This document shows positions 33,554 through 46,042 of a stretch of 64,000 nucleotides of DNA, piece after piece. A program made the translations under genes and the position numbers. The number at the start of each line of letters is the position of its first letter. The first letter of the stretch is position 1. The notes under the pieces are model-generated. The model was not told where the DNA came from. It was given only the letters and a program-made list of their open reading frames with translations, and made no database searches. The stretch is from Paraphysomonas bandaiensis (taxonomy: Eukaryota; Protista; Chrysophyceae). The DNA is taken from assembly GCA_965644295.1 (NCBI GenBank), contig CBFFRP010000044.1, positions 1 through 64,000 of the forward strand, in the 5' to 3' direction.

Positions 33554-36188
33554 ATGACAAGAGATGAACTAGATGTAAAAGAAGGTTATATATATCGTAA
33601 TGAAGAAAATAAGCGAAATTCTATACATGATACATCTTCAACAATCACATCTTTACATCCAAATCGTCATATAAAAAAAAAGAAAAGTATTAATAAATAT
33701 GAATCCCCATATGTACGTGAAGCACGATTAAAAGCAGAAGAACGTGCAAGACGAGCATATAAGAAATCAAAAGAAATAAAACCATGGAATAATGATTTTA
33801 CAAAAGAAATACCCCAATATTTTGATAATAAAATACATAAATCTGAAATATTTAAATTACAACCAAGAGATCCATCAAAACCTTCAAGTAAAGAGAATTT
33901 ATGGTCAAATTTAAGAGAATATCATCCAACTTCACATCCAACAACTTCGACTTCATCTATGAAACGATCATCAAAGTTAACTATGCGAACTAATGAGGTA
34001 TGACTATGTATGTATGTATGTATATGTATGTATGATTATATATGTGTATGTGTACATGTATGTATGTATGTATGTATGTATGTATGATTATATATGTGTA
34101 TATGTATATGTGTGTATGTGTACATGTATGTATATATATATAACTATATGTGTATTATCTATTAGACGTCTCCGGTTAATTCTCCGCATAAGAAGTATGG
34201 ATTTATCCCCAGAGACCACGTATCATCACAGGTGCCACAGTGATACATACATACATAGATAGATAACTACCCATATATATATATGCATGTATGTATATAC
34301 ACATACTGTGCTCGTTGTTCGTGTGTCTTGTGTTATCTTACATGAGATCAGGTTGATATGAGCTCACCGGTATCTGATACACATGATAAGCAGCCACTAG
34401 ACTCTGATCATCATGACACACCACATTCAAGACAAGATATACATCACTCTAATAGGGATCCTCACTACTCACAGCCCACTTATTCATCTGCACATCATAA
34501 TCCAGGCACTTCCTCCCCTCATCGCATGTCTATATCATCATCCACCCAAACACTTGATAGTACCACGCCCTGGATGCCTTCATATCACGATACACGACGT
34601 GGTGAACCTGAGAGACAGTCATCTTCACCACATAGGGGCACACGCGAGAGAATAAACGCCACAATGTCGCCACAGCGGCGCAGAAATTCATCCCCTCACA
34701 CTTCCGACAGAAGGGTATTAGCATCTCCGCGAACTCACCGGACTAGTTTTGAAAGGGAGAGTGTACCGATAGCACCCAAGCGAGTAACTACTCGTGCTAC
34801 ATCTCCTTTTGACCCTAACGTAGTGGATCGACTACTTTCCACAAAGTCAGTAGGGGACAACATCCCCCCATCAAACCCTACACAATTCCCCTTAAGTCAC
34901 AGCCGAGGACCGGAAGGAACATTGGAGGCAACCTTGGTAAGGATTTTGGAACACCAAGCACGGGCTCAGGAGGTGCGATATGTATGTCTTTCATCAACGT
35001 GTATGCTAAACTAGGGCCCAGGTCAGCAGCACAGCTAACTCAACTGCTTTGGGAAACGTCAGTAAGCTAGTTACAGAAATGGGAAAGTTAATTATATCTG
35101 CTGGCGATAAGAAAAAACATCGCCGGCGTTCCAAAAGTCAGACCTTTGCCTCGTCGAGCAGAAGTGCAACCGCGTCTCCGACGCTTCGAAGTCAGCATGA
35201 AATGCTCGTGTACACCCCCCACAGAGATGTATATGACAGCACCCAGCAGACACAAACTCATGGACCAAGTGATTCCACCGGGCTCATAGAGGAGGCAGAT
35301 GCATCGCGCACAATACATGTGAATAAACGCGAGGAAAGTATATGCAAGCAGAATAAATGGACAGGACCTGTAAAAGCCAATAGCTGCAACAAGAGGAAGA
35401 CGAAAGCAGATATGTTGGACCACGTACTCAGCAAAATCCAAGCGATGGAGCACCAAGAACAGGAGACCTCTCGACTGCTTGTAAATAGAAAGAACCGAGA
35501 CCGCCACGCGGATATCCCCGTATCAACCTCCAGTTCAAAAGAAGTTAAAATAAACCATAAGGGCTCCCCTCTGCGTCGTGTGGTAACAAAACCACCAGTA
35601 AATGAGGTAGGCTCCCAGCGCCATGTTGTTTGAATCTTCTTTCTAATATGTTGCTCAAAGTCACTCCAGGATGCTATTTTCATGCAAAAAACTGAATTCG
35701 ACTACCTGGACCGTATTGAATCCGCAATATCGCATACGCAAGACACAACTGATGTGCTGAATCTACCTGAAGAGAAAGGTGGACTAGCGGTATATAAATC
35801 ACCAGTGGATGGTGAAAATAGAATTTCTGAGCCATCTAATGAGCTTCAGAGGGCAATGAAATATGTCGCTGCAGATTCTGTGATGCGACATGATGTGAAA
35901 GAGTACCAGCTCGAGTTTAAAAGGTTAATCAGGCAATTTGCAGTCGTTTCTATCATAATTTTGGTGCGTAACAGGTGGAAGAAACTTAGAGAATGTGTAT
36001 TTCGAGAGAACAAAACTAGTTTACATGATGTTGTTGTCAGGTGACATACTTTTCGAATTTGCTTTTTTAAATTGATTGTTTTTGATAGACTTTCGGACGC
36101 TTTGCTGAATGACCTGCTCGACGGTGCGACAGATGAACTTGAAACATTATTTGCTGAAATAGCGGATAAGTTTATAGATAAGATTTGA
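33554..36188 (+). CDS. Hypothetical low-complexity (Ser/His/Arg-rich) multi-exon protein
   Basis: A chain of same-strand ORFs separated by GT-AG introns, ending at TGA 36186-36188; no recognised domain. Confidence 0.6.
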
Positions 36189-37429
36189 TTGTCGAATAGC
36201 CAAGGGTACTATATTTCGTTGTTAATTATTTATAAGTGTTTCTTTTTGTGGAGTTGTCAGTTTGTTTTCTTTGTGTTATCTAGCACACACATGCTCCTAA
36301 ACTACGACTAAATATAAATTGGAAAAATATAGAGCGATATGCAGCTGTACTCTGTACTAAAAATTTGTAACTCATGAATACTTTCTAATTAATGTACTAA
36401 GCAAATGGTGTGAGATAAAATCAACGAGATGTCGTAGAAAATCATAGCCATGTATCATGTATACTTGATTAACCGGAAACGCGTTCTAAGTAAAATTAAA
36501 CATATTGTGACAGCGCTTATTACTTATTGCTATTTGTTACACTGTTTAGTTGCACAACAAGAAATCTTAAAAAGGGGTTATCTTATCCCTCAACAAAGTC
36601 GACTCGCACTTTTTCGAGGTGTTCTGGGGATTCCAAACGTGAGCGACAAACATAGACAGCAGAAAACGTTGTGCCCACTCATAGCCAAATGTTTGTGTGG
36701 TACAAGGGACACTAATATAAGTGTCACTTGTTTAGACGTCTTTGGACCCTGATGAATAAACAGGCATCCGGGAATGGGTCCGCCTGAAGGGTAACCGGGG
36801 CATTGGGCTGCCTGCTGAAGTCAAACATCCGGGGGGTTCAATCATCCTGAAGTCAGCAGATGTCAGGTACATCAACTTCCTGCTTGCTCACTGCGTTTGC
36901 TTTAAGTGATAGAGCAAAAGTGGATGCACCTTGGTGCTTGAAGTGACACACAAGAAGCTTTCGTAGCGCTAAATAGTAGGATATCAAAGTTAAGCACAAT
37001 TTAGTTAAATTGCGATAAATGCTAAATTAACTCTGACTCTCAAATGCTTACTGCTAACAATTAGATATTCACTACTCATAACTAACATATATATATACCA
37101 AGAATTATATATTTACAGAATTAAATAATTGTTCAACATTACGCAAAACTACTCAACAACTTTGATCTCAGTGAAAATACTGACAAATTCAATTAATGAA
37201 TGATATATATACCTGTTGGACATTACATAGACTTCTATTGTTTGTTGCATTTTATTTTTTACAAAATGATACCTACCAGTATGTCGTATTTCCTTGATTT
37301 GATATACCACAGGGCCTCCTTCATATATATACACCTGATTGTATACTTCACATGTTTAACAAGTAGAATGCTCATGGAAGTCAAAGCAACGTATTTAGTA
37401 TATAGTGTATAGCAGGGATAGGGAATAAT

Positions 37430-37870
37430 ATATTGTATTGCAATATATTGTAAATGTATTGATGTTGTACCGGCAAAAATTCCATCAATATTGTTTCTGT
37501 TAAATTACCTTACAATATATATTGCAATCAATATTTTGCAAGCTTCCAAATGTAGGGTGCAAAACTCAAGCAGGCGAAGAATTAGAGTTAACAGGATTTG
37601 AGATAGATGTTGCTAGAATATATCTCCGTTCAGACAGTGATTGCAACAAGCTGAAATATTAAGAAGCAAAACGTTGAAAGAACTAAGTGCAGGTGTGCAG
37701 GTGCACAAGACATGTTTTATGTCAGTCCATTACATGTGAACGTCTATTCTCTATTCTGTGCAGCTAAACTTAATATATCAGCGTTGCGCAAGCGTATGCA
37801 TCTTACTACACTTAATATGATGTTGTTTCTGAAAGCTAATTGACAGTTGTGGCCGGATGAAGGCATATTC
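37430..37870 (+). mobile_element. Second degenerate hAT transposase 3' relic
   Basis: Colinear similarity with 30630-31100 (ccatcaatattgtttctgttaaa; cgttcagacagtgatt; tgttgtttctgaaagcta..gacagttgtggccggatg). Confidence 0.8.
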
Positions 37871-38212
37871 AAATCACATAAAGGTATTTAGTCAGTTTTA
37901 ATCAATCAAATATATAGAATTTATTTGTGTGGAAAGTACAGAATAGTAACCTTACATTCCTCAATACTTTAATATTAAGAGGTATATCTATGAACTCCAC
38001 CAACATATTTTCTCAAAATTGGTTGCAGTTTTTAACTTAACTCATTAATCTAATAAATATGTAAGCAGAGTAATATGTACATATGCACAGTTCATAAAAA
38101 GCCAAAAACTTCTACTTGAAAACAATACTATGGGAAAATATGTGTGCCTGTTAATCAAGCAGAATAAAATAGAAAATTGGGCAGGTTGAAATCCCAGTAA
38201 TAAATATTACAT

Positions 38213-39241
38213 TTAGCTTTCTCGATCAGTTTCATTTTCACGCTTTAGCCTATCTTCTTCGAGTTTCGAATATATCTGATACATGAGTCTGTTCTGCGAC
38301 GGAATTCCCGGGTAACCGAATCCTACTGGTGGGCACCAAGGCATTGATACATGTCTGTGTGGTGCAACTTCATCCTCATCTCCAAAATCATATGGGTTCT
38401 TCCCCTTCGGATATTCCTTGTACAATGAGTAATCTCGGTCATGTGTGTAGCTGAGACATTGAGGATCAGGTGGCCCTTCCTCGTTTTCGTACACACTCAT
38501 CCGCTCCTCGAATACATCACTTTGTCGATACGCCTCATTCTTGCACCACATTATTAAGTTGTGCCGCTCGCCTGAAATTATAGAGTCCGCTCCATGTCTC
38601 TGCTGCCCCAAGTGAACTATTGCCCGACCCACAACATGAGGGTAACTGAGAGAGTATTTGCGGTGTCGAGCTTCAGCCATTTGTCCACAAAATGTCAAGC
38701 CAGCTCCCACGAACCCCTCCTTACCTAGACAAATGTTCCAGGTAACATCAGAATCATCTGTATGCATATCAAGAGATCGATCTTTGTTCGGATCATAGGA
38801 TACAATAAATGTATGATGATCTGTAAATTCCGATCCTTCCAGTGGATATAATACACGTGACAATGGTAACAAATACCGTTGTTGTAAATCAGTAAGTGTT
38901 TCTTTCATACCCATTGTATTTAATATTAAACCATAGTTATTCATACTATTAGGTCGTGCAATTGGTATATCATTCTCTATAGAATATGCAATAAACTGTT
39001 CCATTTCATGTATAATCATATGACAGATTTCATATGTAAATATATTTAATGAATATACATGTAAATATTCTTTTTTGATTAAATTTAATTTCATTAAATC
39101 ATTTAATTTTATATTTTGTTGTATAGAATTTAATAGTGTATGATATTGTGGATTAATCCAATCATTTTCCCATTTCCCAGAAAATAATTGAGGATAACAA
39201 CAATAATTAGATGTAATATACATTTGAATATTATGATTCAT
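38213..39241 (-). CDS. 2-oxoglutarate/Fe(II)-dependent oxygenase, OGFOD2/ICU11-like
   Basis: RPNSMNNYGLIL, HHTFIVSY, LDMHTDDSDVTWNICLG (HxD), HLGQQRHGA, GERHNLIMW. Confidence 0.9.
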   Translation of the reverse strand: MNHNIQMYITSNYCCYPQLFSGKWENDWINPQYHTLLNSIQQNIKLNDLMKLNLIKKEYLHVYSLNIFTYEICHMIIHEMEQFIAYSIENDIPIARPNSMNNYGLILNTMGMKETLTDLQQRYLLPLSRVLYPLEGSEFTDHHTFIVSYDPNKDRSLDMHTDDSDVTWNICLGKEGFVGAGLTFCGQMAEARHRKYSLSYPHVVGRAIVHLGQQRHGADSIISGERHNLIMWCKNEAYRQSDVFEERMSVYENEEGPPDPQCLSYTHDRDYSLYKEYPKGKNPYDFGDEDEVAPHRHVSMPWCPPVGFGYPGIPSQNRLMYQIYSKLEEDRLKRENETDRES

Positions 39242-39807
39242 ATTGATATATTCGATTAAGGTTTATGTTAAGTGTGTGTATATGTATAGAATGAGAGGGA
39301 GTTGGTATATATATGGAAGGTGTGTATGAGAGATGTGCATGTACATGTACATGGATGTGTGTGTATTGTATATATAGAAGCCGTCAGGAAGATTGGAAGA
39401 ATTCTCTCTTCGGTCATACAAGACATACAAGACATATATGTACTGCTGTACCTGGTGTACGCGTACGTGTATCAGATGGTACGTATCTACTGTATATATG
39501 GTATATGTAGAATTACATACAGCAGTGTATATTATACAACTGTGTATATAATTATACTGGAACGTGTACAATATCAATGATTTTCTATAACAAAACCATG
39601 CATTTCTAGATATTGCATTGGAATTTTTGAGATTTACTAGCTGTACAATACACAATGCTGTTTGTAGTATGTGTTGCTTTGGGCGCCATGCAGAGTGCCT
39701 CCAGTACGCACATACTGAACTTGGAGTTATATACATACACAGTCATATTAATAACTCTACAGTCATAGTACAAACAAAGAGAAGAGAATTTAATAGAAAC
39801 TATTCAT

Positions 39808-40185
39808 ATGGTATATCTTATCTATGAAATAGAAGATCATAACATATCTTAAACAGGCAAATATTAAAACTGAAGAGAGTTTATTAGAAGACATCGAACA
39901 ATCCACTCGACGTGTATATAATCAGGTATCAACTATATATATATACATATGATCTGTTATATATATATATTGTAGTCAAAAATATTAGATGAAGAAGCAA
40001 AAGAACATACAAGACTGTTAAATGGTATGGAAAATGGGGTTCATGATGCTCAAGTAGGACTAGAATCTAATACTACACGTGCCTATGGTATTAATCAACG
40101 CAAAGGGTCATTGACTTGGATGTACTGTGTTATTACAGGAGAAGTGATATTATTAATTATATTGTTGATATCTGGACTGACATGA
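39808..40185 (+). CDS. Small Qc-SNARE (syntaxin-8/SYP5-like), 3 exons, not in the ORF track
   Basis: M|ANIKTEESLLEDIEQSTRRVYNQ|SKILDEEAKEHTRLLNGMENGVHDAQVGLESNTTRA...WMYCVITGEVILLIILLISGLT*; introns 39811-39856 and 39926-39975. Confidence 0.8.
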
Positions 40186-41996
40186 ATATATATCTGTATA
40201 ACACCTTTTTTGTAATGCAATGTACGAATCGAAACTGTAATTAGAAAAGAATTTGTGTATGTATTGATGTCGTTGACTGCCTTGTAATGTGAACAATGAG
40301 TAAATGATATGATGAGACCTACCTTTATGTATAGCAAATTGTTGAAACTTATCAGGCTTGAGGCCACGAGAAATCAAAAGACTGCTTATCAATTACAGTG
40401 ATACACGAAATTTTCCATAGGATAGATATGAAGTACCAACTGAGAGCTAATTAACTACAGAATAACATATACTTTGTTCAGATTTATATTCTTATAGCTT
40501 GACTATATATCACAGAAATAGAAGTCATCGTATTTCTTGTTACGTAAATTTTACGAAATGTGTCACATGGGATAATACTGCACTCCAAGAAGCCTTGCAA
40601 CAAGATCCTGTTGTGCCAGTGGACGAAATCAAAAACACTGACGATGTGTAGTCATAGGAGTTACGACACGTATTCTGTTATTTAATCTAATTTGTAAATA
40701 AGGTAGTACCCCGCTATCATGTATTATTCTGTTATCTATTATGAGCAATAAACCTTGTGAGCTTGTGCGTCATTGACGCTAACTTTAATTACTATAATTG
40801 CGGCCAACATAGGCTATTAAAGGATACTAGGCCCTGACTGAAATACATAGATACCAATTGAAGTTGGAGCCTTGGATTCCCAACACACAGTATAGCACCC
40901 TGATAAATTTCACTGTATATAGTTACTTCGGAATATGACGACTGTGTCTTCTATTGCTCGATGTCTCTTAGTTTTATTGACTTCTACATCTCATTCTTAG
41001 CTGCTAAATACATTTGCTCTATAAGATGTCAAAGAAGTGTGGACATAAGGCTAAAGTGTTGGAGTTTTATCTTGAAATGCGTTATTGTAGACCGGGTTCA
41101 ATTTTGTACAGGATATGAAAAATTCAGTATGACTACATACATCACTGCATTTATGACGCGATTATGAAACGGTTACACAAGTACCACATAAGTAATAATA
41201 AGTACTACTAATACAAAACACAGAAAACGTTGGACTGTTTAAGTGAACATTTATGCTGTTACAACTCTATGCCTGTGACATATAGATATACAACAACTAG
41301 TATACCACAAATACATTTACCGACAAGTGTATGTGCATTGCGCAAAAAACGGAGTCAATCGTGCAATATCGTTTTGAAACGGGGATTACTATGAACTCTT
41401 GAGTATGTAGTATATTATATATCACCTAAATCACACTCACATCTGTGTCGATGATTCACTATCAGATATTGCCCGTACCCCCATACAAACATTCTGTAGT
41501 GTTGAGCGTTGATGAATACTATACCCAGCTTACATATTTAGTGTGCACAATACACAATCTAATCTGAAAGAGTGGCATCTCTTTCCAGTCTTATTATATA
41601 TTATATATTATTAAATATATAAGACCTACGAGGGTGTAATAGACCTACGAGGGTGTAATATGATACCATTCAGGGAAGATGGAATTAATATGCTAAAATA
41701 CGCTAATACATTATCTGTACTATCTCACTGGCTCTACTTCTTAGAAAGGCCAAGTTGACGGCTATTACTTTGATTTATACGAATATTTCGATTTTAGACA
41801 AGACAGGGATGTTCGTATGACAGCATGAATTGTAAACTAATATATCACCAAACAGAAATAATAGTTATTAATAAATTATTAATTTGATTGATAACTCATT
41901 ACGTGCAGAACCTACATCATACCAGTGGAGCCAGTCACAGTACAATATTTAGTGCAGACTGAATCCAGGCGTAATGATATACACGTCGTCATTATA

Positions 41997-43211
41997 TCAT
42001 ATACTCTCTCCAAGCAAAAGTGTTACTTCCGTTGTAACAGAAGCGACCAATGTCAGGGATCCATTATTCTTAATATGCCCATCGTTAAAGATAGTCGCAG
42101 TTTCAATGAAGTTTGGGAATCCCCAGTCGATTTTACCGGGACGAAACACCAGTGACTGCTTCGTTCCACGTTTGACAGATGGAAAAAGCGGGTTCTTCTT
42201 GCATAACGCAATAGTAAAATCCACTCGCAAATCTCTTTCTATATCAGGAAAGTAAATCCGTGCCTCATGGAAGTCATTTCCCCGTGGAGTTGGTCTGAAT
42301 TCGAGGAAAAACTCCCTTCCTTCGACAGACTGTCTATGAGAGCGATAAATTTTTTCCGGCGAAAACCCTGGGATAGTAAAGACTAGCTCAGTTGTAGCAC
42401 ACTTACTCTGGAGCTGCTGGATAGTACGCTGCTGCGAGGTGATCATTCTCTGTTGGGAAAGTATAGTAGACATCATCATCGGAATATGTGCTTTTAAGTC
42501 ACTATTGTGTGACGCCAGGTCCTTACGCTTCACCATTGCTTCGCATCCCAGGATAGATAGCTCACATTTAACAGTTTCTTCTGGGCAAGTAGTAGATCGG
42601 TGATTGTCCACCATGTTTCGAGGAATCCTTGTGGCATCCCCACTCGTGGTATGGCATCCATTAGGGCAGGGAATTACAGTTTTGGGACATACTTCTTGAT
42701 GACCAGAAATCAGATAGTGCTTCATGGATTGCTCACAAAATCCACATGTAACCACGCGGTGTTTGCACGAAATACCATGTTTTCGTGCATCTGATCGTGG
42801 AAAGATATCTTCACAACCCTCATTACAACACATGACTTGTACAAATGGACATGATTCCATATGACTTTTTAAATCTAACATCTTTCCATTCCATTGACAT
42901 TTCTTACCTTTTATATCATCTAATATAGATGGGCACTTTAATATAAAATCATTAATTAAATCAGCCACCACTCTATTCGTTATTAAATGACTGTTATATA
43001 ATTCACTTGTGGAACATTTCATAGGACATTCTTTCCGTAATTTTAAAGAATTTTCAATACATTTTCTACAAAATGAATGACCTTTAGGACATTGTACAGG
43101 ATCTTGCATAACATCAAAACATATTGTACAATGAAAATGTTCATTAGGTGGGGTGATATATAAAGTATTTGGTATACCTCTTGATGTATAATGTAAAGCA
43201 AGTGGATACAT
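41997..43211 (-). CDS. TRAF-like protein (RING + TRAF zinc fingers + coiled coil + MATH)
   Basis: CTICFDVMQDPVQCPKGHSFCRKCI...CP RING; repeated HxxxC..V.C zinc fingers; C-terminal DWGFPNFI MATH motif. Confidence 0.92.
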   Translation of the reverse strand: MYPLALHYTSRGIPNTLYITPPNEHFHCTICFDVMQDPVQCPKGHSFCRKCIENSLKLRKECPMKCSTSELYNSHLITNRVVADLINDFILKCPSILDDIKGKKCQWNGKMLDLKSHMESCPFVQVMCCNEGCEDIFPRSDARKHGISCKHRVVTCGFCEQSMKHYLISGHQEVCPKTVIPCPNGCHTTSGDATRIPRNMVDNHRSTTCPEETVKCELSILGCEAMVKRKDLASHNSDLKAHIPMMMSTILSQQRMITSQQRTIQQLQSKCATTELVFTIPGFSPEKIYRSHRQSVEGREFFLEFRPTPRGNDFHEARIYFPDIERDLRVDFTIALCKKNPLFPSVKRGTKQSLVFRPGKIDWGFPNFIETATIFNDGHIKNNGSLTLVASVTTEVTLLLGESI

Positions 43212-43342
43212 GTATGTAGATATGTGATTATGATGATGTGATATATATATATGTATGTATGTGTGTGTGTTGAGACTATGAATATATATGTAGAGATCTT
43301 CTTATGATTATATTGAGAGATATGAAGATGAAGTAGATATGG

Positions 43343-43520
43343 ATGTATGTATGTGTGTATGTATGTATGTATGTATGTATGTATGTATGTATGTATGTAT
43401 GTATGTATGTATGTATGTATGTATGTATGTATGTATGTATGTATGTATGTATGTATGTATGTATGTATGTATGTATGTATGTATGTATGTGTGTATGTAT
43501 GTATGTATGTATGTATGTAT
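43343..43520. repeat. (TATG)n microsatellite
   Basis: About 44 tetranucleotide units between the divergent TRAF-like and TFB2 genes. Confidence 0.97.
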
Positions 43521-43992
43521 TGACATTTACTTGCTTTGGTGAAGAAATATCCTTGAAGTGAATTTTATAGGAAATATATTTATACGGGTTGTTTCAACCG
43601 GAATGTGTAGCCGGTATATTAGGTATTCTGCTGTTCAAGACTCTTTGGCACATACCGTTCACCCGTTCACGATAATGTGAGAGCACTCTGTATATACAGC
43701 AGAGTATGGTTAGATTGGACAGAGGTATATGGTATACCAGTATACCATGGTATACAGCAGGTATATAGAGCTGTGTTTATATACGCATACTCTGTAAGTC
43801 TCTATATGTAGGTACGTATATGCTATAGTGTAGTAGTAGAGACTATAGACTAGAGAGCATATAGAACACAGTCCACAGATCTACTTACATCTTCATCCCT
43901 CCCTCATCATTCATTCTTACAAATCCATCCATGAACTCTATATAAACAATACCCTCTTCTCTTCTCTCCTCTCATCTCTTCACATATTAACA

Positions 43993-45491
43993 ATGACATT
44001 AAATAACATTATTAATATATTTGATTATATTAAACAATTATCAAATGATCACATTGCATTATTATACGGTCAATCAAATACTAATATACAATTCACACAA
44101 TGGGTATGTAGAGCAATCTTTCAATCACTTACATCATTATCACGTACATATATTATGCGTATAATCTTTATTGATCATGAAATATCAATTGATCTATTAA
44201 CAAAATGGTGTCATGAGAATGAACTTACAATACATCAGAATGCTATGAATGAATTACAATTAATGAGAATATTAATACCATCGAAAAATCCAAATTATTT
44301 TATTATGCATGAAGGATTTAGAAAAAGTTTAAGATGTAGTTTAACAAATGTTTCGAAACCATGGAATGCAGTGAGTGATGTCAAAGGCGAGAATGTTGAG
44401 GCTTTGGATGCAGCTTCCTTAGATGATATGTGCATTCGCAAGTGGAACGATATATTGGAGTATTTAGTTACCTCTAATCCAGCCTTGAATATTTCATCGA
44501 CTGTGGAGAATTTCCTCATTCAGGCAGGACTAATGCAGGTTGCGAGTGATGAGGTTGTCCTATCTGGACCACGAAAGGGGCGACCCAAGACTGTGTGCAT
44601 TACATCGAAGGGGTACGAGTATATGTTAATGGATATACAGAGTCAGGTGCTGTGTTTCTATTTGTGTGCTGTTGTCACTTTTATACGCTTTTCCTGTAGG
44701 TGTGGATGTTTGCTTTTGAATGTTTGAAACGATCAGGATCACGACAGGCAGAAGTACTGTCGTTCCTGTTGACTCTCTCATATTGTGAGGTTGGGATGAG
44801 GTATCCGACTTCATCTCTGACCCCCATCCAACGGCAACTAATGATTGAATTTTCTCACCTGGGGATACTTTATCAGAATCCGAAGGATTCCTCTGGGTTC
44901 TATCCTACAAGGATTGCTATTAGCATGGTTTTCCGCAACGCTGCCCGAGGAGTAGCCCAAGGTCGCACTCAGATCGCCTCGGGTGGAAGTATCACTGGCC
45001 TCTCTGTCATTGTAGAGACTAACTTTCAGGTCGTTGCGTATGTAACATCCGACTTGCACTTGGCGATGTTGAGTCTATTTGTTGATACGAGGGGCATGAT
45101 TCGCATGCCCAATATGGCCCTCGGCATAATCACAAGAGATAGTGTAAAGTCTGCGCTGAAAATGGGAATTTCTGCCAAGCAAATCATCGGCTTCCTTACA
45201 CTTCATGCCCACCCTCGAGTGGCTAATAAAACTCAAATTGTCCCCGAAAATGTGGCGGATCAGCTGCTCCTCTGGGAGGCAGAAAAGCATAGGTTACACA
45301 CCCAGGAGGCGGTGTATCTAAATTTGTCTCTTGTAGTTGCTGGAAAAGATCTAGAGATCATGTACACTAAAATTCTCGCCTATGCAGAAGAGATAGGCGT
45401 GTGCTTGTTTGCGAATGAGAACAAAAAGTGCTTAGTCGTGACACCCGAAGGTTATAGACAACTACAGGCGTATGCTTCGTCTATTGCGTGA
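43993..45491 (+). CDS. GTF2H4: TFIIH subunit 4 (p52/Tfb2)
   Basis: CRAIFQSL..LSRTYIMR, ITSKGYEYML.D...QVW, FYPTRIA, IVETNFQVVAY, ITRDSVKSAL.MGISAKQIIGFL..HAHP, VPENVADQLLLWEAE; intron 44647-44699. Confidence 0.95.
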
Positions 45492-46042
45492 GAACGTAGA
45501 TTTTGGATATAGTAGAATAGTTTTCATGTTCCTATCAGTATGAGCAACTCACTGATAAATAGTACAATGCAAATTTTAAATCAATTCTTATTACACTTTA
45601 GTAATATTTACCTTAAAAAAGGACATGCATGTTTATACTTTTAGGATAATGAACCCGTTGGGGACCACCGACATATCTCAAAAATGAACGAAACTAAAAG
45701 AAATCAAAATAAACTCGCTTTGCTTAAAGAGAAATTCAAAGCGTGGTTAGAAATAGTGAACAACCAGACATTGCCTATTGGCCGGATCGCTTTAGGCAGC
45801 AAGCGCTTATTAGTAATATTTATCAATATGCTGGTGCATCAGTTTGCTATCACATTGAGCATATCACGCTCCATACAATAGTAAATAGTATTCCGTATTC
45901 CACCATAGTAGTCAATGCTTTTCACCAACAATTCCTAATCTGCTGATAATTTGAAGGTACTAAGTTCTTTTGTGTATTTAATCGTGTACTTCTCAATGAA
46001 AAGAATGGAAAGTGAAATTAGATTCATTTACTGTAGTTAATG

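Noticed and set aside
36730-36960. CTGATGA and a GC-rich stretch suggesting a hammerhead ribozyme or structured ncRNA
   Set aside because: There is no stem II + GAAA core and no recognisable SRP, RNase P or snRNA motifs; a decayed coding/TE fragment is more likely.
41622-41660. 19-bp direct duplication agacctacgagggtgtaat
   Set aside because: It is an isolated tandem duplication with nothing inserted and no evidence of function.
43308-43561. YIHT/MYVC repeat ORFs
   Set aside because: They are translations of the (TATG)n microsatellite.
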